In this document: one piece after another, positions 28,365 through 39,709 of the stretch
How positions within the stretch are numbered: the stretch's first letter is position 1
Layout: each line of letters begins with the position of its first letter
Source of the DNA: Amoebidium appalachense
Lineage: Eukaryota > Protista > Ichthyosporea
Length of the DNA: 64,000 nt
Direction: 5' to 3'
Assembly: GCA_963693365.1 (NCBI GenBank)
Contig: CAVNZM010000008.1
Location: forward strand, 8,250,818 to 8,314,817
Notes under the pieces: model-generated
Databases searched by the model: none
Told to the model about the DNA's origin: nothing
What the model saw: only the letters and a program-made list of their open reading frames with translations
Made by a program: the position numbers and the translations under genes

Positions 28365-28614
28365 TTCCCCCGTGGCTCTATCTGCACAACACCGCACCCA
28401 CACACCCAACACACACACACACACACATACACGCACGCACGCACACACACACACACACACACAGCCGAAATGGGAGGACTTCACACAACCCGAGCTAGAA
28501 GGTCTTCTTAGCGCACTGCAAGTGGAAGAGAGACGAGCGATAGAACGGCTACAAGAAAAATACAAGGTGGATAGGGAAGCAATAATGCGTGCATTGAGAG
28601 ATTTGGAACAATAA
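20536..28614 (+). CDS. RASSF: C-terminal RASSF family protein (Ras-association domain + SARAH domain)
   Basis: Exons 20536-20575 (start uncertain), 21984-22105, 23222-23275, 24252-24338, 24757-24825, 26503-26593, 27678-27814, 28465-28614; phases consistent. Motifs: [12 protein letters not shown]|[42 protein letters not shown]|[39 protein letters not shown], and [36 protein letters not shown]. Confidence 0.9.
23436..23892. repeat. Intronic MITE-like segment: ~17-bp tandem units plus an 11-bp inverted repeat
   Basis: Degenerate ggaatttcaaacacacc units across 23440-23563. AAGTGGCATGC at 23569-23579 is inverted at 23882-23892; the same motif occurs at 8504. Confidence 0.55.
25070..25880. repeat. 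Compound (CA)n/(CG)n microsatellite with higher-order units
   Basis: Repeated units such as agaacgcacacacaagcacacacgcgcacacgtgcgtgcg between CA tracts. Confidence 0.9.
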
Positions 28615-29656
28615 GGGTTCTAGATCTACTAATGTTAGATGATGGAAAGGGAGAGGATTTTCTGCCGCATAACATGCTGGTGGTTCGTGATTGGGGATAG
28701 AGATATGTCGTATTTGTTCCTGTGGCAGCCAATGGAAATGATCCACAACAAATATCGACAATGTCGTTCGAGAATCTTCCCATGAACGGATGTCGTAATC
28801 GGCCACAGCAGATGCATTTTCCCACGGCTTCCATGGGTCGATGTTGCGGTTGGCTCCAGCTATGTCGTATTTGTCGGACTTTGGTGCCCCGACGGCCAAT
28901 TGGAAATGAACAATGTCGTTTATGAATGTTTCCAGTGAAGCTGGACTCCCCCGCAAAACCTCCTTTTGTAAGGGGTTTTGTATGGGTGTAACCACGCATC
29001 CGAAAGTTGTACGTAATTCTCAATAATGTAATGTAGCATAAATCTTAGATAATGATGCCTTGCTTTACTTGAAGCCTTGTACGAATATGAATAGCCTATG
29101 ATGTTTTTGCTTTTCTTCTTCTTCTTCTTCTTCTTCTTTTTTTTTATTTATTTTTTTTCTTTTTTGCTGTAAGCAGAACAGTGCATTGCTATATATCACT
29201 TAAACAATTTTTCTTGACTTGGTTCGCTACACTGAAGAATCGGGAATGCGTGTAGACACACCCAACGCACCATCCGATTAATGGACCGGTAGTGGTTCGC
29301 CTAGGCACACCAATTAGATGTATCGATTTATTTTAGATTTATTGTAATAAAAAAAAGGACGTAGATAGTAGGCAGCCCCGAAGGTACCAGGTAGTAAAGG
29401 ACATTTTTGTCCTCCTCTAGCCAGATGACTTGGTACGAGAAACATCATTTCATTGGTGTGCGCTGTGTTTCTGTTGCCCTTCTTTTTTTTTTTTTTTTTT
29501 TTTTTTTTTTCTCCCTCTTTGTTGTTGTTGTTGTTGTTGTTGTTTGGGGAAGGGGGGGGGGGGGGGGGGGGGGGGGGAGGGGGGGGGGGGGGGGGAAGAG
29601 CTTGCTCAAATGTAAACTTAGATGTGCAGCTGAGCAACAATCATTAATTCATCCTA

Positions 29657-29699
<43 letters not shown>

Positions 29700-30021
29700 T
29701 TCCCCTTTCTTTCCCCTTTCTATTTCATTTCTCGCTGTCGAAGCTTCGACTTTCTTCTTTTCTATATAACAAAACAAAAACTGTGTGGGTTTTCGACTGC
29801 TTCGGTGGGGAAATTAAATGGTTAACGTTGACAATGTTACAATATCCCAGAAGTGAACCACTTCCTTTGTCTCTACATGAATATATTTATTTGTAATCGA
29901 TTGTACAAATAAAGCAGCAGGAACGTTAAGGGCACTGTATACCCATCTGCAGTGGGCTTTCTTTATTTTTTATTTTATTTTTTATTTATTTTTTTTTTGG
30001 GGGGGGGGGGGGGAGGGGGGA

Positions 30022-30070
<49 letters not shown>

Positions 30071-30193
30071 CGCGGTCCTGCCGGGGTGCAGCCTGCAGCC
30101 CGTACACGTGTGTGTATGTGTGTGGGGTGAGTGGAGTGTGTGGGATGTATGTCTGTGTGCTGATCGGGGGCCCAGGTGAGATTGTGTGTGCAT

Positions 30194-30224
<31 letters not shown>

Positions 30225-30675
30225 GGGGGTTTCTGAGCATCGTAAGACAAAACATCTTATTTAGTCGTGTGCACAGTTTGTCACGCCAGTGCTATATGGC
30301 GCCCGTGCGCATGTGTGTGTGCCTCCAAATAACATTACATTTCGGAAACCAGCAACTTTGGTTATCTTAGCGCGTATATGTTGGAGATAGATCTACAGGA
30401 CCTGGTACATTCGGAGCTTATGAATATTCTCGTCATACAATATACATGGCTATAATAGTGACAAATTGAACATGCACGTGTTCCGTGCACATCTTGAAGA
30501 GTCCTAGAGATTGATAGGTACATGAGAAAAATACCGATTTTTACAGTTCAAACTCCACAAGTTTGCTGCACTACATTCATTCCGGATTCTAATCCTAAAC
30601 TAACGTAATTTGGGTATGCTGGATTCATCTTCTTACACGTCATACAAATATCAGCCCCTTCCCTTCCCCCCCCCT

Positions 30676-30707
<32 letters not shown>

Positions 30708-30794
30708 CCCCCCCTGCCCCCTCTCCTCCCTCCCCCCCCACAAAAAAAAAAAAAAAAAAAAAAAAAACGGTAGAATAAAAAAAAGTTAACAAAT

Positions 30795-31156
30795 TCATGC
30801 CTCCGCTGCAACCACCCCACCCTCCACCACCTCTTCATATTTCTTCTGTGGTTCCACGTTTCGGGGCACAAACACCATCAAAAAAACAGCGGGGATGATA
30901 AACACAGACATAACAACAAATGCGTCTCCCGCGTGGTGGGTGGCGTGGTCCGCAAACCAATTACACAGGGCTCCAAACACGAGGGGGGCAAAAAGGGTTG
31001 TCATGGAGTTGAGGCCGGTTACTGCACCAAGGACAGTTCCCTGTGTGTAGGGGGGAGGGGGTGGAGGGGGGGTGGAGGGGGTGGGGGGGGGGGGGGGGAG
31101 GTGGCGACCAGGGGGGTTGGGGGGTGAGGAGATGGGGGCGGTAATGTGTGTGTGTG

Positions 31157-31214
<58 letters not shown>

Positions 31215-31356
31215 GGAAGATGTGTGTGGGTAATGTCTGTGTGTATTTTGATGGGGTGGGGAGGTGGGGAGGGGGGGGGATGGGAGGGGTAGGCTTCAAG
31301 TGAGTGTGCTTGATGTGTGTGTGTGTGTGTGTCTGTATGTGTGCATGCGTGTGTGC

Positions 31357-31423
<67 letters not shown>

Positions 31424-32067
31424 TGGCACGAGGGTGGTGGTGGTGGTGTGTGTGTGTATGTGTGTGTATCTGTGCGGGGGTAGGCCGGGGGGGGAGGGGG
31501 GCGGGCCTGCGTGTCGGTGTGTGTCTTTTTGTGTGTGTTTGTGTGTTTTTGTTTGGTGTGCGCTTCCGATATGTGTATGCATGTCTTGTGTCTTTGTAAG
31601 GGCGCGCATGTGTGTGGATGTATGTGCGCATAGGAAATGCCGCTAGAAAAACCGAAGGTGATCAGCCAAGGGTATTATTCTTTATCTGTCTGTAACCCTG
31701 TGGAGTAGAGGGGAAGGGGAGAGGGAAGTTGTGGGAGGGTAAAGGGGGGAAGGCCGAGGGGGGGGGGGGGGGGGGGGGGGGGGGGTTTGAATGCGTCAAA
31801 AAGTACGAAGTACACAAGAACAAACGGATAACACGATGCAGAATGCAAGCCATACATAAAGAGTATGCATAATAAGCAGAGCCCATCCTCAGGGGGGGCC
31901 CACGTCATCCACAGTACCCGAGTTTCGACCTATTCCCCTCGTTAACGAAACCCAACTCAGATACTGTTGGGGGAGATAGACAAGGTCTACATGGAGCGAG
32001 TGAGAGAGCGGGACGAGTGGAAGGAAATCGACTGGGTTTGGGGTGTGCGTGTATGTGTTGGGGGGAG

Positions 32068-32106
<39 letters not shown>

Positions 32107-32218
32107 GGGATGGATGGGTGTGCGGGGCGGGAGGGGAAATGGGGGGCCGGGAAGGTGGGTGTTGGGTTGGGGGACGGTGGGATGGGGAGGGGCGGGGGGA
32201 GGGGGGAAGACGGAGGAA

Positions 32219-32259
<41 letters not shown>

Positions 32260-33341
32260 TATGAACCATTCATACCTGCATATCCTGGCCAACCCTGAGT
32301 GAAAGCATCGTCTGACCCATAGGCCCAACCATATCCCCTAGCAGGTGCGTGGGCAGCACAGCCATGATCAGAATCTTACTCGTGGCAAGGCCCGTGGTTA
32401 TGATCGCTCCCGCGCGGACAACCATTCCTAATATCACCGTGTTGCGTTGGCCAATCAAACGCGCGATAGGAGACATCACGAGACCGGCCATCCCGCCGAA
32501 TAGTCCCGCTAGGGTAGTCTGTAGTGCACGGTCTTTCGCGTCGAAATGGAGGTATTGGGTTAGGAACACGAATACGTTGAGCTCGTATCCCTTTTTAATA
32601 ATGCTGAAAAAACACCACGCAAGCGCGATAAACAGGACGGTGTGGTCGGCTGAGAGGATCATGAGAGACTGCAAAAATCCGGGTTTTTTTCGATACGGTA
32701 TCCGTGTTTGGTGCCTCGACCTCTCCTGTGGATTCAGCGCTTTGGCTGCTGGGAATCGGTTTTTCAGGTGTGTCGTCCGGAATTAGAAACCAAATGTATA
32801 AGGACATCACCACGGTAGTAATGTTCATAATGTGCCACACCCACTGCAGCGTGATATATTTACTAATGGCCGCGCACACGATCGTAGACACCACAAACGA
32901 GGTGTAAAAGAAAGCGGCAGATATCCCGAAAACCCACGTCCTATTTTCGGGGGTCGAATTATCCGCCACGTACGCAAAACCGACCGCCAACCACGCCTCC
33001 ATTAGCCCAGCCAGGGGGGACAACACCATAAACCACCACTGATTTTCCGTAAACGACATTGGGAAAATTTGTGCGCTCGAAATTAACCTGGTCCAGAATA
33101 GGACTTTGCGCCTTCCCACCCGATCTGATATTTGCCCGAGCCACGGACTGGCGACCATTGAAGTTACGCCCGAGAGAACGCTAAAAACACCCTGAATGGT
33201 CATAAGACGGGGGCCGAAAAAATTCAGTTGGGCCTCGGGGATGGAAGCGATGGTTAGACCTGGGTAGGGGACAACGGAAAAAGTGTTAACATCGATGTTT
33301 GAAATGTTTGGAATTTTGAAACCACACGCGCGCGTGCACAC

Positions 33342-33416
<75 letters not shown>

Positions 33417-33839
33417 CTTTGTGAGAGATGTGTGTGGGGGGAGGGGAGGGCTGGGAGGGGAGGGGGTTGAAAAGGGGAGGCAGCCCGTTACTCAACTAGC
33501 GAACTAGTCATAAAAAAAGGAATCTTTCGTGGAATAAATCGCCTGGTGTATGCAATCTGATGCAAAAGAGAGGAGGGGATGGGAGGAGGGTAGGCTTTTA
33601 TGGGGTATTTGGATGAATCGGATCGTGTTTGTGCTCCTGTCTGTTCCGCAAGTATGTGGCTTGTGGGTGTGGGTGTGTTTTGGTCTGGTAACTTCACCAA
33701 TTGTGTGTTCTTTCTATATATTAGAACAACAAGCACACAAACAGGTATAGTATATGCTATTGTAGTTCTAATCCCCCGCCGTGTCAAATGTTATGTATAT
33801 TTGGGTGTGTGTGTTTGTTCGGTTTTTTTTTTTTTTTTT

Positions 33840-33886
<47 letters not shown>

Positions 33887-34652
33887 GGAACAAGTGGGGG
33901 CCCGGGAGAGTGAAAGAGCAGGAATCACAAATCTTGGCTGTTTTGAACAGCCGTGCGTGCGTGCATGCTTGGGTGTGTGCGCGTGTGCATATGTACGGCG
34001 CACGCGTGCGCGCGCACGTGGGTGTTGCGACATGAATGGCCACATAATCAGTAAACGCTAGCTACTTGTATTGAAAAAGGGAGGCTCCAGAAAGAATAAC
34101 GTGGAGAGAGAAGCGGGGAGAGGGATATTGGGGGGAGTGTTATATGTGTTGCGCGTTTCCCGAAAGAGATGTGCATTTTTGCACGTAAGCAGGCTAAGTG
34201 ATGCGTATGTCAGAATAAGGTATCCCTCCAAACACATCGGATCTGGGAATACGCCACAAACTATTTAGTTCGAAAGTGATTTGCATTTGTTATTTGTATT
34301 ACACTGACCAACGACCATCAAACAGTCGGAAAAAAACATAAATAAGTCAAGGCAGGCTACAAAGTGTATGTGACAGCATGGTGTGTAAAAAGTTTTTGGC
34401 CGTCGAAACCTTTCTAAGATCTACGACACCATGTAGTGCTATTTTCCCCATCTTCCTCCACCTACCTCCGTAGATGGTGACGAGTGCGAAAACGGGCAGT
34501 ATAACCCACCACCGCTTCTTCTTGGTTCCTACGTCCGCTACGTCATCCCCCTTGCCTGTTCTGGAAGGTAGGAGTGGGGATGACTCAGAAGTGGTCGACC
34601 CAGAGCCAATCGCGTGCACGGTGGCATCCTCATGTTCGGTTGAAACTCCCAT
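30795..34652 (-). CDS. MFS transporter, MFSD14/HIAT1 (TetA-like) type
   Basis: Exons 34652-34466, 33259-32276 (frame break at ~32669-32696) and 31040-30795. MFS motif [18 protein letters not shown]; [18 protein letters not shown]; ..VGQDMQ|[23 protein letters not shown]; many hydrophobic helices. Confidence 0.85.
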
Positions 34653-35677
34653 TTTCGGCCGTGCCCTATGCTTGCTGCTCAGAGTTGGGGAGGAGGTGGC
34701 TGATGATGGTGGTGGCAGTGTGTGTGTGTGTGCGTACGTGTGAGCGTGTGCGTGTTGTGTGTGTGCCGTGTGTGTGTGTGTGGGAGTAGGTGTTTAAAGG
34801 AAGGGCTGTGGCGGATGGCGAGGGGATAAGAGGCTGGGGTAGGGAAAGATGCGAAGGGGGGAACAGAGGGGATGGGTGAAAGGTTAGACGGGTGGTCTGC
34901 AGGGTTCTTTTTGGCTAGCGTAAAATGTTTTTGGATGGAGGTTATGTGGGAACATATGAAGAGGAACAACCGATGGGTTTAGCCTATGGTGATCTTTGAA
35001 AAACATCGGTGAGCGAACCAAGAACAAAACGGTAAAAAAAAAAAACAAAAAAAAAAAAAAAAACGGCATGCCTTTGAGCAAGCAGTGCATTACCTTTTTC
35101 TTCGGATCCTGTGGCACTTTTTCGGGCCTGTCCTTTACGTGTCAAAGCTCTTTCCTGTAAGATGACCTGTTGTCATGAGAGTTGTCCAACACACTCTTTT
35201 TAAACAGTGCCGTTTTTTAATATGAGTCGAAAAACTACGTTTTTTTGCCTTTCTGCGGAGTTAGCAAAAGCCTTAGCAAAACTGTGTTGGGTTTTGCTTT
35301 TGCTTTTTCAGACCTTTTTGTGTGCAAAGGAATGCCAGAATGACATCAGCACGGTCTTCCTATTGGTCAAAGATGAGCCAAAAAGCAACCAATCGCAATG
35401 TTCTTCTGGCTCATATGATTGGAGCCCTGGAGATCGCTTCAACCAATAGATAGTGAGGACCGTGATCATGTGAGATTTGGAAGGGGTTTACGCTGTTTAC
35501 TCGAGGCAAAGAGAACCAGTCTCAGGTATGGGGGGGGGGGTTTTGCTCGGAATATCCCCTCAGCGGTATATCATGATCACGTACATAGATGTCGGGTGGT
35601 GACTATATATCAGGGTTTACTTTCTCTACGAGACACCATAAAGACTACAAGGAGAAATCAATTAGTTGGGGTTCCCC

Positions 35678-35678
<1 letters not shown>

Positions 35679-35717
<39 letters not shown>

Positions 35718-35749
35718 GGGCTCCCCTCGGGACACTCGGTATCAGCTGG

Positions 35750-35806
<57 letters not shown>

Positions 35807-38700
35807 TGTGTGTGTGTGCGCGTGCGCTATAATTTTGTAGTGATGTGTTTCTCAAGCCAATCAATACATCTAATAAACAGGTCGTAGTTACGCGTGTTTA
35901 GTATAAAATCAAGGATGTTGTAATTTACAGGTAGGCTATCTTTCTGGGTGTCTGTTGTGAATGTGACGTGTGTGTGTTGCGGTATTATGTGGTCTATCAA
36001 ACTACATTTGGCGATACATGACCGGTTAAACTGGTGTGTGTGTGTGTTGTTTGGGCATGCAAATGATGCCACCTTATACTTATTAGATCTCCACTGTATA
36101 GCACGTGTACAGTAAAAGCGTGGTAATTGATCAATAATACCATCAGCTAGAGAAAGACCAGTTCTACAGGAAGGTAATATGTATTTAGGTGTTATACACT
36201 TGCGAGTGCCATATTTGGCAATATGGTTGAGGCGGTCAGTATATATAAAACGAGACATAAGGCTTAGTTTTTCAAGGTGTATGCTTTCATCGGGTCTAGT
36301 GTCGTTTGGTATCTTTTTCCATTTGTTATATTGCGTGATTATCTTGTGATTGTGTACATGTTTAATAAGTAAGTGGCAGTCCAAAGTCACACACACACTA
36401 TTGCGGGGTTTATTTGTATTTGTGCCCAGGGGAGAAGGGGAGAGAGAGGGGAGGAAAGAGGGGAGAGGTGAGGAGGGGACAGGTCGGATAGAGAAGAGAG
36501 GGTGGGAGGGCAAATACTTCTTTAAGCGGCTTATGTGCTTATTGAATTTCAGCGCGAGATAGGATACTCTAGCAGCTATTGGGACCAGACCATATATCGA
36601 GAGCGTTACAGGCCCAGGTTTACAACAGTTGTTAGATAGAAAGGAGGCAACTTCTGCTTCAAGGAAATTTGCCAAGGGTTTAAGCGCTCTAGTTCTCTCT
36701 TTCTTGATCCAAGCGGCGAGAAGGGGTAAACCATATTCACATGCCGGGAAGACAAAAGTGCGAATAAATGTAAGTCTAATAGAAGGATGGAGGGGTGTGT
36801 CTTTAAAAATATTAGCCGAGAAGAAAGCTAACCGCTTACGAGCCAACTCTACCCTCTTTTCGACCATATGGGGAAACATAACACCAACAGAATCAACCGG
36901 AACACCAAGATATTTGTATTCTGGAACTATAGGTACAGGTTTAGATGATAATGTAAATGTGTGTAAATTGTTAGCTATATCAGGTACAAGAACACCACAT
37001 TTGTCTATGTTAAGGATCATAAGGTTTGCCTTGCACCACTCTGACACTACATCGAACAATCTTTGCAGGCGTCTAGGGGTACGGGCAAGGAGGGACAGAT
37101 CATCAGCATAGAGAAGTGCAGGCGGAAAGTTATTAATAGGGTCATCGTTTTCGGCGTAAATCTTGACAGCCAAATCATCTATAAATAGGTTAAACAAAAA
37201 GGGGCTAAGCAATGAGCCCTGCAAGAGACCTCTAGTACGAGCAAAACCATATGAAAGATGCCCATTAACCACAGCTCTACCATAGGTTTGAGACAAGAGT
37301 GCTTCTAACAGAACACCAATGCAGTGTGGTACACCCCGTGCAGCAAGCTTTTCCCATAGGAGACCAGGGGAGACAGAATCGTAAGCAGTTTTCCAATCAA
37401 TAAAGCCAACATATTGTGCACCAACTTGCATAGAATCGTGCAGTGCCATTATTTGAACATAACATGAATTGTTTTTACGAAAAGCGGATTGGCATGGGTG
37501 TATGTGAAGAATAGATTGAAACCTAGGGTGATGTGCAAATAACCTAAGTAAGCAAGCTTCAAAGAATCTACGAACAACCTGGGTTAGTGTAATGGGGCGA
37601 AAGGATGATATGGGGCCCTCAGAGTCCTTCTTAACTATGGGGATCACTAAGGTATCTAACCAAGATGACGGGACATGTCCACATTTAACACACCAAGAAA
37701 AGAGAGAGCTTAACATGATAGTAAGATCAGGTTTAATAGCACGATCACTTTCCTTTTGTGGGTAGGAGGGAACAAGGATTTTAAGAAACCCAGCAGGGAG
37801 TCCATCAGGTCCACAAGACTTACTAGAGCTATAACTAGATATCACAGACCATATGGCATCGGGACTGAAAAAGGGGAGGATCGATTCTATGGGGATAGAT
37901 GGGTCTACAGGCCACACAATAGGTTTCTGAGCGGGGGTCCTATCTTTAAACAGTTCCGAGAAATACTTATCAGAGTCTATGAGGGGGTCTCCAGTGGTAT
38001 CACCAATAATACGAGCAGGGGGGCCAAATCGATTCATACTAGCAAGCCGGCGCAAGCTTTCCTTTTGAGACAGGGGTTCACCTAGTCTAGCGGGAGTGGT
38101 GTTTGGTAACAAGAGAGCATCGGGATATTCCTTCCTACCACCGCCAGCATAATCACCGAGATCTATCAAATCATCAACAATAAAGTTAGTGCATGTATCT
38201 AGTACGAGATGTGAATCTGGCCTGGCTTGTGCAGATTCTAATAGGCGCATATATATAGGGTGTTTCGTAGCATAGCATACACATACATCAACTCTACCCC
38301 ACTGTGACTTAAGCTGGGATAGACGGAGGCGAAAGGTGGGAGGGGGAGGGGGGAGCAGATCAAGGGAGATCTTAGGTAGGAAAAGGATAGGAGAGTGGTC
38401 AGATGACCTAGAGAGGTTAGGAGGGAGAGAGAGTTTTGACATGGTTGATGGCCAAAAGGCCACTCCCCAGTCGGTGTTGTGGGCATGGGATATTTGAGGG
38501 AACCGCAAAGTGTGACTTTGGACATACCTTGCTAAAGGGATAGCACGCTCCGGGGGCTTAGATGGGTACCCGACACTCACTTGCAGTGTGTCTGTGTGGT
38601 GGAGTCGCGTGTTAAAATCACCTAAAATAACAGTGGACATTGGTAACTGTGACAACTCGTGAGTCAATTCGACAACCGACATAGATGGTGGAAGGGTTTG
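35679..38700 (-). mobile_element. 5'-truncated non-LTR retrotransposon (LINE, APE + RT)
   Basis: Open 951-aa ORF 38682-35827, then a (CA)n tract 35826-35751, a short unique segment containing hairpin AGGGGAGCCCCT, and poly-A 35713-35679. No ORF1 or APE N-terminus seen. Confidence 0.9.
35827..38682 (-). CDS. LINE ORF2: partial AP-endonuclease + reverse transcriptase + C-terminal Cys/His motif
   Basis: APE motifs ILGDFN and SDHSPI. RT motifs KSCGPDGL, FRPITL, QSAFRK, FIDWKTAYDSV, GLLQGSLLSPFLFNLFIDD, LLYADD, YKYLGV. C-terminal CPNNTHTHQFNRSCIAKC. Confidence 0.93.
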   Translation of the reverse strand: MSVVELTHELSQLPMSTVILGDFNTRLHHTDTLQVSVGYPSKPPERAIPLARYVQSHTLRFPQISHAHNTDWGVAFWPSTMSKLSLPPNLSRSSDHSPILFLPKISLDLLPPPPPTFRLRLSQLKSQWGRVDVCVCYATKHPIYMRLLESAQARPDSHLVLDTCTNFIVDDLIDLGDYAGGGRKEYPDALLLPNTTPARLGEPLSQKESLRRLASMNRFGPPARIIGDTTGDPLIDSDKYFSELFKDRTPAQKPIVWPVDPSIPIESILPFFSPDAIWSVISSYSSSKSCGPDGLPAGFLKILVPSYPQKESDRAIKPDLTIMLSSLFSWCVKCGHVPSSWLDTLVIPIVKKDSEGPISSFRPITLTQVVRRFFEACLLRLFAHHPRFQSILHIHPCQSAFRKNNSCYVQIMALHDSMQVGAQYVGFIDWKTAYDSVSPGLLWEKLAARGVPHCIGVLLEALLSQTYGRAVVNGHLSYGFARTRGLLQGSLLSPFLFNLFIDDLAVKIYAENDDPINNFPPALLYADDLSLLARTPRRLQRLFDVVSEWCKANLMILNIDKCGVLVPDIANNLHTFTLSSKPVPIVPEYKYLGVPVDSVGVMFPHMVEKRVELARKRLAFFSANIFKDTPLHPSIRLTFIRTFVFPACEYGLPLLAAWIKKERTRALKPLANFLEAEVASFLSNNCCKPGPVTLSIYGLVPIAARVSYLALKFNKHISRLKKYLPSHPLFSIRPVPSSPLPSFLPSLSPSPLGTNTNKPRNSVCVTLDCHLLIKHVHNHKIITQYNKWKKIPNDTRPDESIHLEKLSLMSRFIYTDRLNHIAKYGTRKCITPKYILPSCRTGLSLADGIIDQLPRFYCTRAIQWRSNKYKVASFACPNNTHTHQFNRSCIAKCSLIDHIIPQHTHVTFTTDTQKDSLPVNYNILDFILNTRNYDLFIRCIDWLEKHITTKL

Positions 38701-39110
38701 AAATATGGTTTTTCAGTCTAGATCTCGGCGCCGGCGGACGCGCGTTGTACAGGTACTTCCACTGTTTACAAGGTATGTGTGGAACAGCGGATCCGAATTT
38801 GTGCTATACGAGCACATAATGTACAGATGCATTATCTTTGTGTAACTGGACACACGCGTCTCTTGTTTTTGCTTGCGGCTTTGGGATAATAAGGAGTCCA
38901 TGATTGTAACATCGCAACAGTGGGGAGCCACCATGAAGCTTGGCCAACTGGGGTTCCCTGATTATCACACCGTGGTACCTACTGTGGCGACTCGTGTTGC
39001 TTCTCACTCCCTCTGACGAATCCTTGCTAGCACTTGATTGCTCCAAAAACGCCTTAACGCCCAAGTTGTCTTATTTCTTGGGCAACCGCTACCGGATACA
39101 AATATTTCAG
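38701..39110 (-). pseudogene. Possible degenerate Tc1/mariner transposase remnant
   Basis: Fragments across frames: GSGCPRNKTT (like GRPRKTT), LHKDNASVH (like QDNAxxH), RRDLD*KTI (like SPDLNPIEN). Spacing imperfect; stops present. Confidence 0.3.
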
Positions 39111-39344
39111 CCACATGTGTATTATATATTATGCAGGACCGCCTCTCTCTCTTCCCTCCCTGCCTCCCTCGATCCCTCCCTCTTGCACTAACTTCCCTCC
39201 CTCCCCACGTCCTTCCATCCCTCCCTCCCGCTCTGCCTCCCTCTCTGGGTTCCCTCCCTCTAGAGCTCGCTCCCTCCCTTCCTCCCTAGGCTCCCTCTCT
39301 CCCCAACCTCCTTCCCTCACTGACCCCCTCCTTCCCTCACTCCC

Positions 39345-39375
<31 letters not shown>

Positions 39376-39499
39376 TTTCTGCTTCTTTTCTTCCCCCCTC
39401 TTTCTTCTCATAAACACCCACAAACGCGCACACCCACACACACACAGGCGCACGCGCGCATACACACACACATACACATACACACAGACATACACACTC

Positions 39500-39507
39500 T
39501 CTCTTTC

Positions 39508-39579
<72 letters not shown>

Positions 39580-39633
39580 CCTCCCTCATCTCTTTCTCTC
39601 TTCTCCCCATCCCTCTCTCTCTCTCAGGTTTTC

Positions 39634-39665
<32 letters not shown>
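39500..39665. repeat. (CT)n microsatellite
   Basis: Direct reading of the sequence. Confidence 0.95.

Positions 39666-39709
<44 letters not shown>

Noticed and set aside
28549-28995. 148-aa antisense ORF overlapping the RASSF end
   Set aside because: No ATG start, no recognisable motif, and it lies in a duplicated UTR segment; cannot be fully excluded.
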